This document shows positions 38,275 to 47,901 of a DNA stretch of 64,000 nt, one piece after another. How positions within the stretch are numbered: the stretch's first letter is position 1; every line of letters starts with the position of its first letter. The stretch comes from an uncultured Pelagibacteraceae bacterium (GTDB taxonomy: Bacteria; Pseudomonadota; Alphaproteobacteria; Pelagibacterales; Pelagibacteraceae): NCBI GenBank assembly GCA_902578325.1, contig CACHCM010000001.1:19439-83438 (forward strand), written 5' to 3'. The translations under genes and the position numbers were made by a program. The notes beneath the pieces were generated by a model. The model was not told where the DNA came from, ran no database searches, and was given only the letters and a program-made list of their open reading frames with translations.

Positions 38275-38787
38275 TTAAAAAATTGATTTAGAATATTTTT
38301 TCCAATTATCTTGATAGTGTTTTGTATTTTCAAAAACTGCTTTTTTTTCTTCCTCAGTAACCTCTCTAATGACTTTACCTGGGGAACCAACAACTAATGA
38401 ATTGTCAGGTATGACTTTGTTTTCTGTAATCAAAGCTTTTGCACCGATTATACAATTCTTGCCTATATTTACTTTATTTAAAATGACAGCTCCAATTCCA
38501 ATTAAACTATTATCTCCTATAGTGCACCCATGCAGCATAACTAAATGACCAACAGTAACATTTTTTCCTATCTTTAAAGGACATCCAGGATCTGTATGTA
38601 ACACACTTCCATCTTGAACATTTGATCCTTCACCAATATAAATGTTTTCGATATCTCCTCTTAGAACTGCATTAAACCAAATACTTGTATTTTTTTCTAA
38701 TTTAACGTCTCCTATTATTGTAGCATTAGGTGCAACCCAATTTTCGCCAGAGTTTTTTGGTTTTTTATCTTTTAAATCATAAAACAT
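38275..38787 (-). CDS. Gamma carbonic anhydrase family protein
   Basis: LRGD, NVQDGSVLH, GHLVMLHGC. Confidence 0.92.
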   Translation of the reverse strand: MFYDLKDKKPKNSGENWVAPNATIIGDVKLEKNTSIWFNAVLRGDIENIYIGEGSNVQDGSVLHTDPGCPLKIGKNVTVGHLVMLHGCTIGDNSLIGIGAVILNKVNIGKNCIIGAKALITENKVIPDNSLVVGSPGKVIREVTEEEKKAVFENTKHYQDNWKKYSKSIF

Positions 38788-38807
38788 AGTTTATATATTA
38801 ACACATA

Positions 38808-39371
38808 ATGTCTCTTGAAACACCAATATGTGATTTTGGAAAAAAAGCTAATCCATTTAATTTAATATCAACAGAAAATAAGTTTATATCACTTGATGAT
38901 ATAAAGGGTGAAAATGGAACTTTGGTAATGTTTATATGTAATCACTGTCCTTATGTTGTGGCAACTATCAAAGATATTGTACTTACTTCTATGGAGCTGA
39001 AAAAAATTAAAATTAACACTGTCGCAATCATGTCTAATGATCCAAAAGACTATCCAGAAGATTCATTTGAAAACATGATAGAATTTTCAAAAAAATATAA
39101 TTTTGATTTCCCTTATTTGTATGACAAAGATCAGAAAGTTGGAAAAGATTATGATGCTGTATGTACACCAGATTTTTTTGGATACAATTCAAGTTTAGAA
39201 CTTCAATATCGAGGAAGAATTTATGAACTTAATAATAAAGTTAGACCTAGAGTAAGAGTTGAGAACAGTCCAAATGAACTTTTAAATGCAATGAAAATCA
39301 TATCTGAAACCGGGAAAGGTCCAGAATCACAAACTCCTAGTATTGGATGCAGTATAAAGTGGTCTGAATAA
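38808..39371 (+). CDS. Thioredoxin-fold (AhpC/TSA, PRX-like1) protein
   Basis: FICNHCPYV, CTPDFF, PSIGCSIKW. Confidence 0.9.
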   Translation: MSLETPICDFGKKANPFNLISTENKFISLDDIKGENGTLVMFICNHCPYVVATIKDIVLTSMELKKIKINTVAIMSNDPKDYPEDSFENMIEFSKKYNFDFPYLYDKDQKVGKDYDAVCTPDFFGYNSSLELQYRGRIYELNNKVRPRVRVENSPNELLNAMKIISETGKGPESQTPSIGCSIKWSE

Positions 39372-39397
39372 ATTTAGTTATTAAGTCAATTTAGTTA

Positions 39398-40480
39398 ATG
39401 TATTTAATCATAACACGATCTTTTCCTCCTGAATTAGGTGGAATGCAAAGTTTAATGTGGGGTCTCTCAAGAGAACTATCAAAAACCTTTTTGATAAAAG
39501 TTTTTGCAGATCATATAGAAGATCACAAAGATATTGATGAACAAGCCTCTTTTTCTATCGAAAGAATTGGAGGAATTAAATTACTTAGAAAATATAGGAA
39601 AGCACAATTAATCAATGAATATTTAAAAAATAACAAAATAGATGGAATAATTGCTGACCATTGGAAAAGTTTGGAACTTATTAAGACAACTAAGAAAAAA
39701 TATTGTTTAATTCATAGCAAAGAAATCAACCACCCTAAAGGCTCTGGTCAAAATAAAAGAGTTGTTAGTGTTTTAAATAAGGTTGAAAAAGTTATAGCAA
39801 ATTCTCAGTTTACAAAAAATTTAGCAATGGATCTTGGAGTTAATGAAAATAAAGTAATTGTTATTAATCCAGGTGTTGATCCTGCAGAAGAATTAAATAA
39901 AAAAACTTTAGATAAAGTTGAGAGTATACTTAAAGTTAAATATCCAAGACTAATTACAGTTTCGAGATTTGATAAACGTAAAAATCATGAAAAAATAGTG
40001 ATGGCTTTAAGGAATTTAAAACAAATTTATCCCGATATTGTTTATATTTGTGTTGGATATGGAGAAGAAGAGGAAAATATTAAGAAACTGGTAAAAGAAC
40101 TAGATCTTGAAGCACAAGTTATGTTTTTTAAAGATATTAGTAAAGATCTAAAAAATGCTCTAGTTTCAAAATCAAATATTTTTGTAATGCCATCCATAAT
40201 CCATAAAAAATCAGTTGAAGGTTTTGGTATTGCATATGTGGAAGCTGCACAATACGGTGTTCCATCCATCGGTGGTAAAGAAGGTGGTGCTTCAGATGCA
40301 ATTGATCATGAAAAAACTGGCTTAATATGTGATGGTAACAATCTAGATGATATTTATTCTTCTATTAATACAATGTTAGAAAATAAAAAATATTTAGATT
40401 ATGGAAAAAACGCTAAAGAATTTGTTAATAAATTTCAATGGTCAAAAATTATTGAAGAATATAAAAAAATACTAAGCTAA
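39398..40480 (+). CDS. Glycosyltransferase family 4
   Basis: FPP..GG, SR..KRK, EGFGIAYVEA. Confidence 0.9.
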   Translation: MYLIITRSFPPELGGMQSLMWGLSRELSKTFLIKVFADHIEDHKDIDEQASFSIERIGGIKLLRKYRKAQLINEYLKNNKIDGIIADHWKSLELIKTTKKKYCLIHSKEINHPKGSGQNKRVVSVLNKVEKVIANSQFTKNLAMDLGVNENKVIVINPGVDPAEELNKKTLDKVESILKVKYPRLITVSRFDKRKNHEKIVMALRNLKQIYPDIVYICVGYGEEEENIKKLVKELDLEAQVMFFKDISKDLKNALVSKSNIFVMPSIIHKKSVEGFGIAYVEAAQYGVPSIGGKEGGASDAIDHEKTGLICDGNNLDDIYSSINTMLENKKYLDYGKNAKEFVNKFQWSKIIEEYKKILS

Positions 40481-40483
40481 TTT

Positions 40484-41347
40484 ATGCTTATTTTAAAATC
40501 CAAAGAGTCTATTGGAATACTTTTTGGAATTTTTGCTTATTTATCTTTTTCTATTTTAGACACTATACAAAAAACTCTAATTATTAATCATTCAGTTTTT
40601 CAATTACTTTTCGTGAAGTATTTTTTTGTTTTATTTTTTGCTTTTTTTGAGGCTAAGAGAAAAAAAAATAATTTATTTTATAAATCTAAAGATATTAAAT
40701 TACAGATATTTAGAAGCTTATTATCTGTGCTTGAGTCTGGGTGTTTTGTTTTGTCATTTAAATATTTATCTTTAGCAAATGCTCATAGTATTGGTTCCTT
40801 AGCGCCAGTAATAGTGGTTGCTTTATCTGCAATAATCTTGAAAGAAAAAGTATCTGTTAAAACATGGATAGCAATTTTTATTGGATTTCTCGGAGTTTTG
40901 ATAATTCTAAGACCAACTTCATCAATTTTTGATCCTAAAGCTTTAATACCTCTATTCGCAGCATTTGTGCTAGGACTTTATCAGGTCATCACTAAAAAAG
41001 TTTCAAAATATGACTCAAACGAAACATCTTTGTTTTTTACCTCAATAATTGGTTTGTTAGTTATGTCGTTATTAGCTTCTAATTTTTGGAGACCAATAGA
41101 TTACTCTTTATACCCAATGTTTTTGGGTATAGGCATATTTTTTTCATTAGGTCTTTACCTTCAAATAATTGCTTTAAGTAAAGCTAGAGCAAGTATAATT
41201 CAACCATTTCATTACACTTTAATTTTTTGGGCAATAATTTTTGGGTATATATTTTATAATGATATACCAGATATGTTCACAGTTATTGGGGCTATAATAA
41301 TTACTTGTTCTGGTATTTTTGTTTTAAACCAATCATCAAAAAATTAA
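40484..41347 (+). CDS. DMT/EamA family transporter
   Basis: ~10 TM helices, LKEKV, LIILRP. Confidence 0.88.
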   Translation: MLILKSKESIGILFGIFAYLSFSILDTIQKTLIINHSVFQLLFVKYFFVLFFAFFEAKRKKNNLFYKSKDIKLQIFRSLLSVLESGCFVLSFKYLSLANAHSIGSLAPVIVVALSAIILKEKVSVKTWIAIFIGFLGVLIILRPTSSIFDPKALIPLFAAFVLGLYQVITKKVSKYDSNETSLFFTSIIGLLVMSLLASNFWRPIDYSLYPMFLGIGIFFSLGLYLQIIALSKARASIIQPFHYTLIFWAIIFGYIFYNDIPDMFTVIGAIIITCSGIFVLNQSSKN

Positions 41348-41393
41348 CTTAAAGTATGATTGTTTATAGTTTAGTTTTACATATAGTCATCTA

Positions 41394-42284
41394 TTGATGT
41401 CTAATAATAAATTAGCAATTTTTTTAATTGTAGCTTCAGTGCTATTTGGAACTTTGATGCTTACATTTTTAAAATTAGCCCAAGAAGAAGTTAATGTTTA
41501 TGTTGCAGGATTTTTTAGATTTTTATTTGGTTTTCTAATTATTTTGCCATACATATTGAAATCCAAGTTCACAGTATTTAAAACAATTCATCATAAAAAA
41601 CATTTTTTTAGAGCTTTTTTAAACTTGCCTTCAATGCTTTTATATTTCTCAGCTTTAGTAATGATGCCAATTGAAAAAGCTACAGCAATTTCTTTTGTTG
41701 TCCCTTTCTTAGTAACAATATTAGCTGTTTTATTTCTTGGAGAAAAAATCTACTTATACAGAAGTTTTGCCCTAGTTTTAGGATTTGTTGGTATGTTAAT
41801 AATTTTAAGACCAGGAATAATTGATATCTCTCTTGGAGTTTATATGGCACTAGCCTCATCTTTTATGTGGTCTGTAGTGATTATAATTACAAAAAGTATT
41901 GCAAAAGATGATAGCTCAATCACAATTTTGTCTTATGGATACACTTATATGACAATTTTTAGTTTCATTATTGTATTATTTCATTGGCAAACACCTTCTT
42001 TACAAACTTTGATTTATTTATTTTTTGGAGGTTTATTTGGTACATTGTTGCATCTTTGTATTAATCACGCTTATAAATTAGTAGATGTTAGCGTGACACA
42101 ACCCTATTCTTTTCTAAGTCTAGTATTTGCATCTTTGATAGGCCTCTATGTATTTAATGAAACACCTGATCTATTTACATGGATTGGTGCAAGTGTAATT
42201 TTTTTAGGCGTTTTAATCATTTCTTATAGAGAAATGAAATTAGAAAAAGAGATAATTAGAAAAAGTATAGATATTAAAAACTAA
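41394..42284 (+). CDS. DMT/EamA family transporter
   Basis: ~10 TM helices, FLGEKI, IILRPG, FNETP. Confidence 0.88.
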   Translation: MMSNNKLAIFLIVASVLFGTLMLTFLKLAQEEVNVYVAGFFRFLFGFLIILPYILKSKFTVFKTIHHKKHFFRAFLNLPSMLLYFSALVMMPIEKATAISFVVPFLVTILAVLFLGEKIYLYRSFALVLGFVGMLIILRPGIIDISLGVYMALASSFMWSVVIIITKSIAKDDSSITILSYGYTYMTIFSFIIVLFHWQTPSLQTLIYLFFGGLFGTLLHLCINHAYKLVDVSVTQPYSFLSLVFASLIGLYVFNETPDLFTWIGASVIFLGVLIISYREMKLEKEIIRKSIDIKN

Positions 42285-43780
42285 TTTTTTTTCTTAAAGG
42301 TTTTGTAAATATGCCATATTATAATTAATATTGTAGTAACAAGAATACATGCTGTTAATGTTCTGTCCCACAAAAATTCCCATGAACCATTACTTAATAA
42401 CAAAGATCTTCTAAGATTTTCTTCCATCAATCCACCTAAAACAAAAGCTAATATTAAAGGTGGCATTGGAAAATCATACAATCTTAAAAAAGTTGCTACT
42501 ACTGCTATCCCAATCATTAAATAAATATCAAAGTTATTAAATGACATTACGTAAATACCTGTTACAGAGAAAAACAAAATCAAAGGAATTAAATAATTTT
42601 TAGGAACTGCAAGGATCCTGGCAATATAGGGTATGAGTGGTAAGTTTAATATAAGCAAAATTACCATCCCAATGTACATAGACATAATTATTGACCAAAA
42701 AATTTCTGGGTTAGTCATATAAAGTCTTGGTCCAGGTTGAACGCCAAAACCTAAGAGTGCACCTAACATTACAGCTGTGGTTCCACTTCCAGGAATTCCT
42801 AAAGTAAGCATAGGTACAAATGAGCCTGAACACGCAGCGTTATTTGCAGTTTCTGGTGCAGACAAACCATTTACACTTCCTTTACCGAATTTTTCTTTCT
42901 CTTCGTCATTAACTACGTTTCGTTCCATTCCATAAGCTAAAAAAGATGCAATTGTTGCACCAGCTCCTGGAAGAACACCAATTAAAAAGCCAATGACTGA
43001 AGATCTTGGAATTGTTTTGTACATTTTTTTACGTTCTTCTTTATTAATTCTAATTGAGCCAAGTTCTGTTAAAGAAACTTGTTTAGCAGCACTAGTTGGG
43101 TCATTTCTTTTTAAAATAATTGTTAAAGCTTCACTCATTGCAAAAGTTGCCATTACAACAAGTACAAAGCTAATCCCATCAGTTAAGTTCATGTTATCGA
43201 ATGTAAATCTTGTAATATCAGATAAGCTATCTTGACCAATAGATGCTAACATCAATCCTAGAACAACCATCATCATTGCTTTTAAAAATTGCCCTTTAGA
43301 AGAAAAAGCAGCAATTGCTGTTAAACCTAAAATCATTAATGCAAAATAATCTGGTGATCTAAAAGATAAACTTACTTTTGATAAACTTGGTGCCATAAAT
43401 AATAAATAAATTGCAGATAATGTTCCACCAGCAAAAGAACTCCATGCAGCTATAGCTAATGCCTTTCCTGCTTTACCTTGTTGTGCCATAGGATAACCAT
43501 CGAAAGAAGTTGCTACAGTTCCTGGAACTCCAGGTGCATTTAATAATATAGAAGAAGTAGATCCACCAAATACCGCTCCATAATAAACACCAGCCATCAA
43601 AATTAATCCTGTTGCAGGATCAAAACCATAAGTGATAGGTATCATCAGTGCAATTGCAGTCATAGGACCAAGACCGGGAAGCATTCCAATAATAGTTCCA
43701 AAAAAACAACCAACCATAACCATCAATATGTTCTGAAAAGTAAGTGCTGTTGTTAATCCAATTAATATTCCTTCAATCAT
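42281..43780 (-). CDS. tctA: Tripartite tricarboxylate transporter large subunit
   Basis: GMLPGLG, DGYPMA, GVLPGAG, PETANNA, LGIPGS. Confidence 0.95.
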   Translation of the reverse strand: MIEGILIGLTTALTFQNILMVMVGCFFGTIIGMLPGLGPMTAIALMIPITYGFDPATGLILMAGVYYGAVFGGSTSSILLNAPGVPGTVATSFDGYPMAQQGKAGKALAIAAWSSFAGGTLSAIYLLFMAPSLSKVSLSFRSPDYFALMILGLTAIAAFSSKGQFLKAMMMVVLGLMLASIGQDSLSDITRFTFDNMNLTDGISFVLVVMATFAMSEALTIILKRNDPTSAAKQVSLTELGSIRINKEERKKMYKTIPRSSVIGFLIGVLPGAGATIASFLAYGMERNVVNDEEKEKFGKGSVNGLSAPETANNAACSGSFVPMLTLGIPGSGTTAVMLGALLGFGVQPGPRLYMTNPEIFWSIIMSMYIGMVILLILNLPLIPYIARILAVPKNYLIPLILFFSVTGIYVMSFNNFDIYLMIGIAVVATFLRLYDFPMPPLILAFVLGGLMEENLRRSLLLSNGSWEFLWDRTLTACILVTTILIIIWHIYKTFKKKN

Positions 43781-44247
43781 CCCATAACTCCAATTGATTG
43801 TAAGAATGGATCTCTTAAATAAATATCAAGAATACCATGAAGGAGATACATAAAGGCTGCAACAAACGGAAAGGATAATAAAAACATTAAAATCCATCTT
43901 CGTTCTCCTAAAAAATAATATGAAGTAAATAAAAATAAAGAGGTGGTTAAAAAATAACCAACTTTTAAAATTGTAGCTCCATAAATAATAGCAATAAGAA
44001 TAAGTATACCTGTTTTTTTATATTCTAAGTTTTTGTGATCAACTTTAATATTATTTGGGTCTGGTAAAATAAGTTTTAGTCCAGAAAAAAATAAACCTGC
44101 ATAACCTAAATAAATTGGAAATGTTCGAGCATTAAACGGTGCATTTTCATCAAACGCAAAAACTTGAATTTGATATGCAGTATATAAATAAAATGCTGAA
44201 AAAACAAAAAAGAGCAGTGATATAATTTTTGTAGTATTTATATTCAC
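43777..44247 (-). CDS. tctB: Tripartite tricarboxylate transporter small subunit
   Basis: 4 TM helices between tctC and tctA, RTFP motif. Confidence 0.88.
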   Translation of the reverse strand: MNINTTKIISLLFFVFSAFYLYTAYQIQVFAFDENAPFNARTFPIYLGYAGLFFSGLKLILPDPNNIKVDHKNLEYKKTGILILIAIIYGATILKVGYFLTTSLFLFTSYYFLGERRWILMFLLSFPFVAAFMYLLHGILDIYLRDPFLQSIGVMG

Positions 44248-44274
44248 TGCTCTAATTTCAAATAATCCTAAGGA

Positions 44275-45255
44275 TTATATAACTCCTAGTTTTTTCATAA
44301 GAGCTGTCATTTCTTGAGTTTGTTTTTCTAAGAAAGAAACAAACTTGCCTTCTGGGTTATAAATATTAACCCAGGCATTTCTTGCTCTGACAGTTTCCCA
44401 TTCAGGAGTTTTTTGTACATCGCCAAGCATTTTTGCAATAGCTGATCTATCAGCATTGCTCATACCTGGAGGGCCAAAGAAACCTCTCCAATTTACGAAT
44501 TGCACATCATATCCTTGTTCTTTAAGAGTTGGTGCATCTGGTGCATCAGAAACTCTAGATGGAGCCGTAATACCAATAATTCTCACTTGGTCTCTTGCAC
44601 CCATCAATTCACCTAAACCAGTTGAAATGATTTGAGTTTCTCCAGATAAAAGTCCAGCCAAAGCTTTTCCACCAGCATCATAAGGAATATATTGAACAGC
44701 ATTTGGATCTGCGCCTGCAGCTTGGAAAGCTAAAGCACCAATTAAATGGTCCATACTTCCTCTTACTGATCCTCCAGCCATTTTAACTGAATTTGGATTT
44801 TTTTTGTAAGCATCAACTACATCTTTAAAGTTTTTAAAAGATGAACTTTTTGCAACTGCGATAGCACCATAGTCACCAATTACACCAGCGATTGGCACAA
44901 CATCTTTATAAGATAAAGTTCCGCTACCTTTTACATAACCTTTGTGTCTAGTAATTGATCTTAATACTAATGGTGTTGATTGAACTAAAACTGTATTAGC
45001 AGGTTTAGTATTAATCATGTAAGCTAAAGCTTTACCACCACCACCACCTGACATATTTTCAAATGATGCACTACTTAACATTCCAGCTTTTGTTAAAGCT
45101 TCTCCAGTACCTCTAGCAGTTCCATCCCAACCACCACCAGCACCACCACCAATTACAAAGTGCAATTTGTCAATTGCTACCGAACTTGTAGTTGTTGCTG
45201 AAAATACTAGGATTGCTGAGAATAATACTGAAACTATTTTTTTTAAGTTTTTCAT
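44275..45255 (-). CDS. tctC: Tripartite tricarboxylate transporter binding protein
   Basis: Signal peptide, GGGWDGTAR, NMSGGGG, PTLKEQG, NWRG. Confidence 0.93.
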   Translation of the reverse strand: MKNLKKIVSVLFSAILVFSATTTSSVAIDKLHFVIGGGAGGGWDGTARGTGEALTKAGMLSSASFENMSGGGGGKALAYMINTKPANTVLVQSTPLVLRSITRHKGYVKGSGTLSYKDVVPIAGVIGDYGAIAVAKSSSFKNFKDVVDAYKKNPNSVKMAGGSVRGSMDHLIGALAFQAAGADPNAVQYIPYDAGGKALAGLLSGETQIISTGLGELMGARDQVRIIGITAPSRVSDAPDAPTLKEQGYDVQFVNWRGFFGPPGMSNADRSAIAKMLGDVQKTPEWETVRARNAWVNIYNPEGKFVSFLEKQTQEMTALMKKLGVI

Positions 45256-45471
45256 TATTTATCCCTCTCTAGTTTAAAAATGTAAGTTAATTATAGTCTT
45301 AATGTTTATTCAACCTCTAATTAAGTAACACAACTTTTAATTGAAAGTATTTTCTGGAAAAAAATATTAATAAAACTCAGAATTATATTAATTTTAAAAA
45401 CTAAAATTTCAATTTATTGACTAATACATTTTTTCTTATCTTTTACATAGTAGATGATAGAAGCTCAATGA

Positions 45472-46548
45472 ATGATTAAACATCAAATCAAATCTTATCT
45501 TGAAAATGCAAAACAAGTATTTTCAATAAAATTTATTTCTGTTCTAATAATTTCTTTTCCTAGCGCGATCATTGCTCAATATTTTAATATCCCTCTTGCT
45601 TGGTTTTTGGGTCCAATGATTATCACATCAATTGCTGCTTTATCAGGTCTTAAAATTATTATGCCAAAAATTGTATTAAGTTTTATCTTGATAATTTTGG
45701 GTTTGCATATTGGAAATTACATAGACCAAAATCTATTTAATCAAATGTTTGATTGGATTTGGACTTCATTAATTATGTTAATCTACATAATAATTTGTAT
45801 TTTAGTTGTCGCTAAATACCTCCAAAAATTTGCAAGTTATGGAGAAAAAGCTTCAATATTTTCTGCTGCTCCTGGCGCACTGGGTCCTGTAATGATTTTA
45901 GCAGAAAATGAAAAAACAGATTTATCTCAAGTTGCAACTTCTCACTTAATTAGATTAATAATCATAATAACAGTCATTCCATTTATTATAGTTAATAATA
46001 CTGACAACAATGTTTTGTTAAATGACAACTTCAATTATTTTGCTCAAAATCATTTAAATTTAATTTTACTTATTATTGCATCTTTATTTTTTATTTTTGT
46101 TTTTGATAAAATTAGAATTCCTGCAGCTTTACTATCTGGAACATTATTTGCCAGTGGTTTGTTACAAATTACTGATTTAGCCTCTTATAAATTACCAGAT
46201 GAAACTGTAAATTTTTGCCTGCTAATTCTTGGCTCTTCAGTTGGTTGTAGATTTGCTGAAAAAAATGTTAAAGAGATAGTTAATAATTCTCTTCACAGTA
46301 TTGTAGCTACTACTATTTTGGTAGTATTAGGTTTAGTTGCAGCCTATGTTGCAACATTCTTTGTTGATACAAATATTTTAACTTTAATATTATCTTTTAG
46401 CCCTGGTGGAATTTATGAGGTAGCAGTTATAGCAATTGCTTTTGATTTAGATCCAGACTTTGTTGCTTTTCACCATATAATAAGATTACTTTTTATACTT
46501 TTCACAGTCCCTGTATTTTTAAGAGTAATTGAAAAAATTAAGAAATAA
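45472..46548 (+). CDS. AbrB family membrane protein (duplicated domain)
   Basis: PLAWFLGPM, APGA and SPGG repeats, HLIRL and HHIIRL. Confidence 0.85.
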   Translation: MIKHQIKSYLENAKQVFSIKFISVLIISFPSAIIAQYFNIPLAWFLGPMIITSIAALSGLKIIMPKIVLSFILIILGLHIGNYIDQNLFNQMFDWIWTSLIMLIYIIICILVVAKYLQKFASYGEKASIFSAAPGALGPVMILAENEKTDLSQVATSHLIRLIIIITVIPFIIVNNTDNNVLLNDNFNYFAQNHLNLILLIIASLFFIFVFDKIRIPAALLSGTLFASGLLQITDLASYKLPDETVNFCLLILGSSVGCRFAEKNVKEIVNNSLHSIVATTILVVLGLVAAYVATFFVDTNILTLILSFSPGGIYEVAVIAIAFDLDPDFVAFHHIIRLLFILFTVPVFLRVIEKIKK

Positions 46549-47479
46549 TTTCAGAAAGTCTTTCAAAAACTTTTTCTGCTGAGAGTTTAGATAATTCAGG
46601 AACTTGTATTGCTTTAAAATTTTCTCTTTCAATACTTACTTTAAATGGAGTTGTGTGAGATCCAAATAAAGCAATTCCTTTTGAACCTAAATGAGCTGTC
46701 ATATGTGCTGGTCCAGTATCATTTGCAATAACAAATAAACTATCTTTAATTAATGTTGCTAACTGTGAAATATCTATGGCTTTGCCATTATCTAAAACAC
46801 AGAGTGCATTAATATTTGATGCTTCTTTAATTTCACTTGGCCCAGGTGCAATTACTACTTTAAATTTATTTTCAAATTTTTCGTTAATCATAGTAATTAG
46901 ATCATTATAGTAAGGCCATTTCTTCGAAGTTAAATGAGGCGAACAAAAAGGAAAAAGAAGAATATATTTATCTAATTGATAATAATTTTTTATTTGAGAT
47001 ATATCTGTTGTGCTCCATGAAAAATCAGGTTTCAAAGTATGATTTGTATTTATGCCTGAACTTTTTAATTGATAATCAAATCTAGATAGAACTGAGTCTT
47101 TATCAAAATCTTCTTTAGTAGTTCCTTCAGGCAAAGTGGTTTCTGTAGAAGACCAAATATCTTTTGTTGCTTTTGGAAATAAAATTTTTTTATAAAAGGC
47201 TGTTCTACTTGAATTCTGTAGATCGTAAACTTTAGAAAAATTATATTTTTTTATATTTTTCATTAATGAATATAAATAAATCAGGTTTAGTCTTGATAAT
47301 CGCTTATCTAAAATAACATCAGAAATATGTGGATTTTTTTTAAATAAATCAAAATATGGTTTAGTTGTTAGCAAATAAATTTCATCTCCTTTATGATTCT
47401 CAGAAATATCTTGAATTGCACCACAAGCTTGAGCTATATCACCCAAAGAACCCTGTTTAATGATTAAAATATTAGACAT
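46538..47479 (-). CDS. Glycosyltransferase family 9 (heptosyltransferase-like)
   Basis: GSLGD, YDLQ, KKWP, NDTGPAH. Confidence 0.9.
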   Translation of the reverse strand: MSNILIIKQGSLGDIAQACGAIQDISENHKGDEIYLLTTKPYFDLFKKNPHISDVILDKRLSRLNLIYLYSLMKNIKKYNFSKVYDLQNSSRTAFYKKILFPKATKDIWSSTETTLPEGTTKEDFDKDSVLSRFDYQLKSSGINTNHTLKPDFSWSTTDISQIKNYYQLDKYILLFPFCSPHLTSKKWPYYNDLITMINEKFENKFKVVIAPGPSEIKEASNINALCVLDNGKAIDISQLATLIKDSLFVIANDTGPAHMTAHLGSKGIALFGSHTTPFKVSIERENFKAIQVPELSKLSAEKVFERLSEIIS

Positions 47480-47511
47480 ATTTTTAACAATTTAACATAG
47501 TATAAAATTTA

Positions 47512-47901
47512 ATGAATAAAATTTTAGTAGAAGTATCGGTAGGTGAGCTTTTAGACAAAATTTCAATCTTAGAAATTAAAAAAAAAAAAATTAAAGACCC
47601 TGAAAAACTAAAATTCATATCGAATGAACATTCTATTCTCAAAGATCAGTTAGAAAAAAATGTTAAATCTGATGATAAACTAAATAAATTATTCCAAGAT
47701 TTAAAAGAAATTAATGCCAAGTTGTGGGTTATAGAAGATGACAAAAGAGATTGTGAAAAAAACAAAGATTTTGGCGATAAATTTATAAAATTATCAAGAG
47801 ATGTTCATTTTTTAAATGATGACCGTGCAAAAATTAAATTAGAAATGAATAATCACACTGGTTCAAGCATTAAAGAAATTAAAGAATATACTAGCTACTA
47901 A
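47512..47901 (+). CDS. DUF6165 family protein
   Basis: SVGELLDKISILEIK, LWVIED, NDDRA.IK, EIKEY. Confidence 0.8.
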   Translation: MNKILVEVSVGELLDKISILEIKKKKIKDPEKLKFISNEHSILKDQLEKNVKSDDKLNKLFQDLKEINAKLWVIEDDKRDCEKNKDFGDKFIKLSRDVHFLNDDRAKIKLEMNNHTGSSIKEIKEYTSY

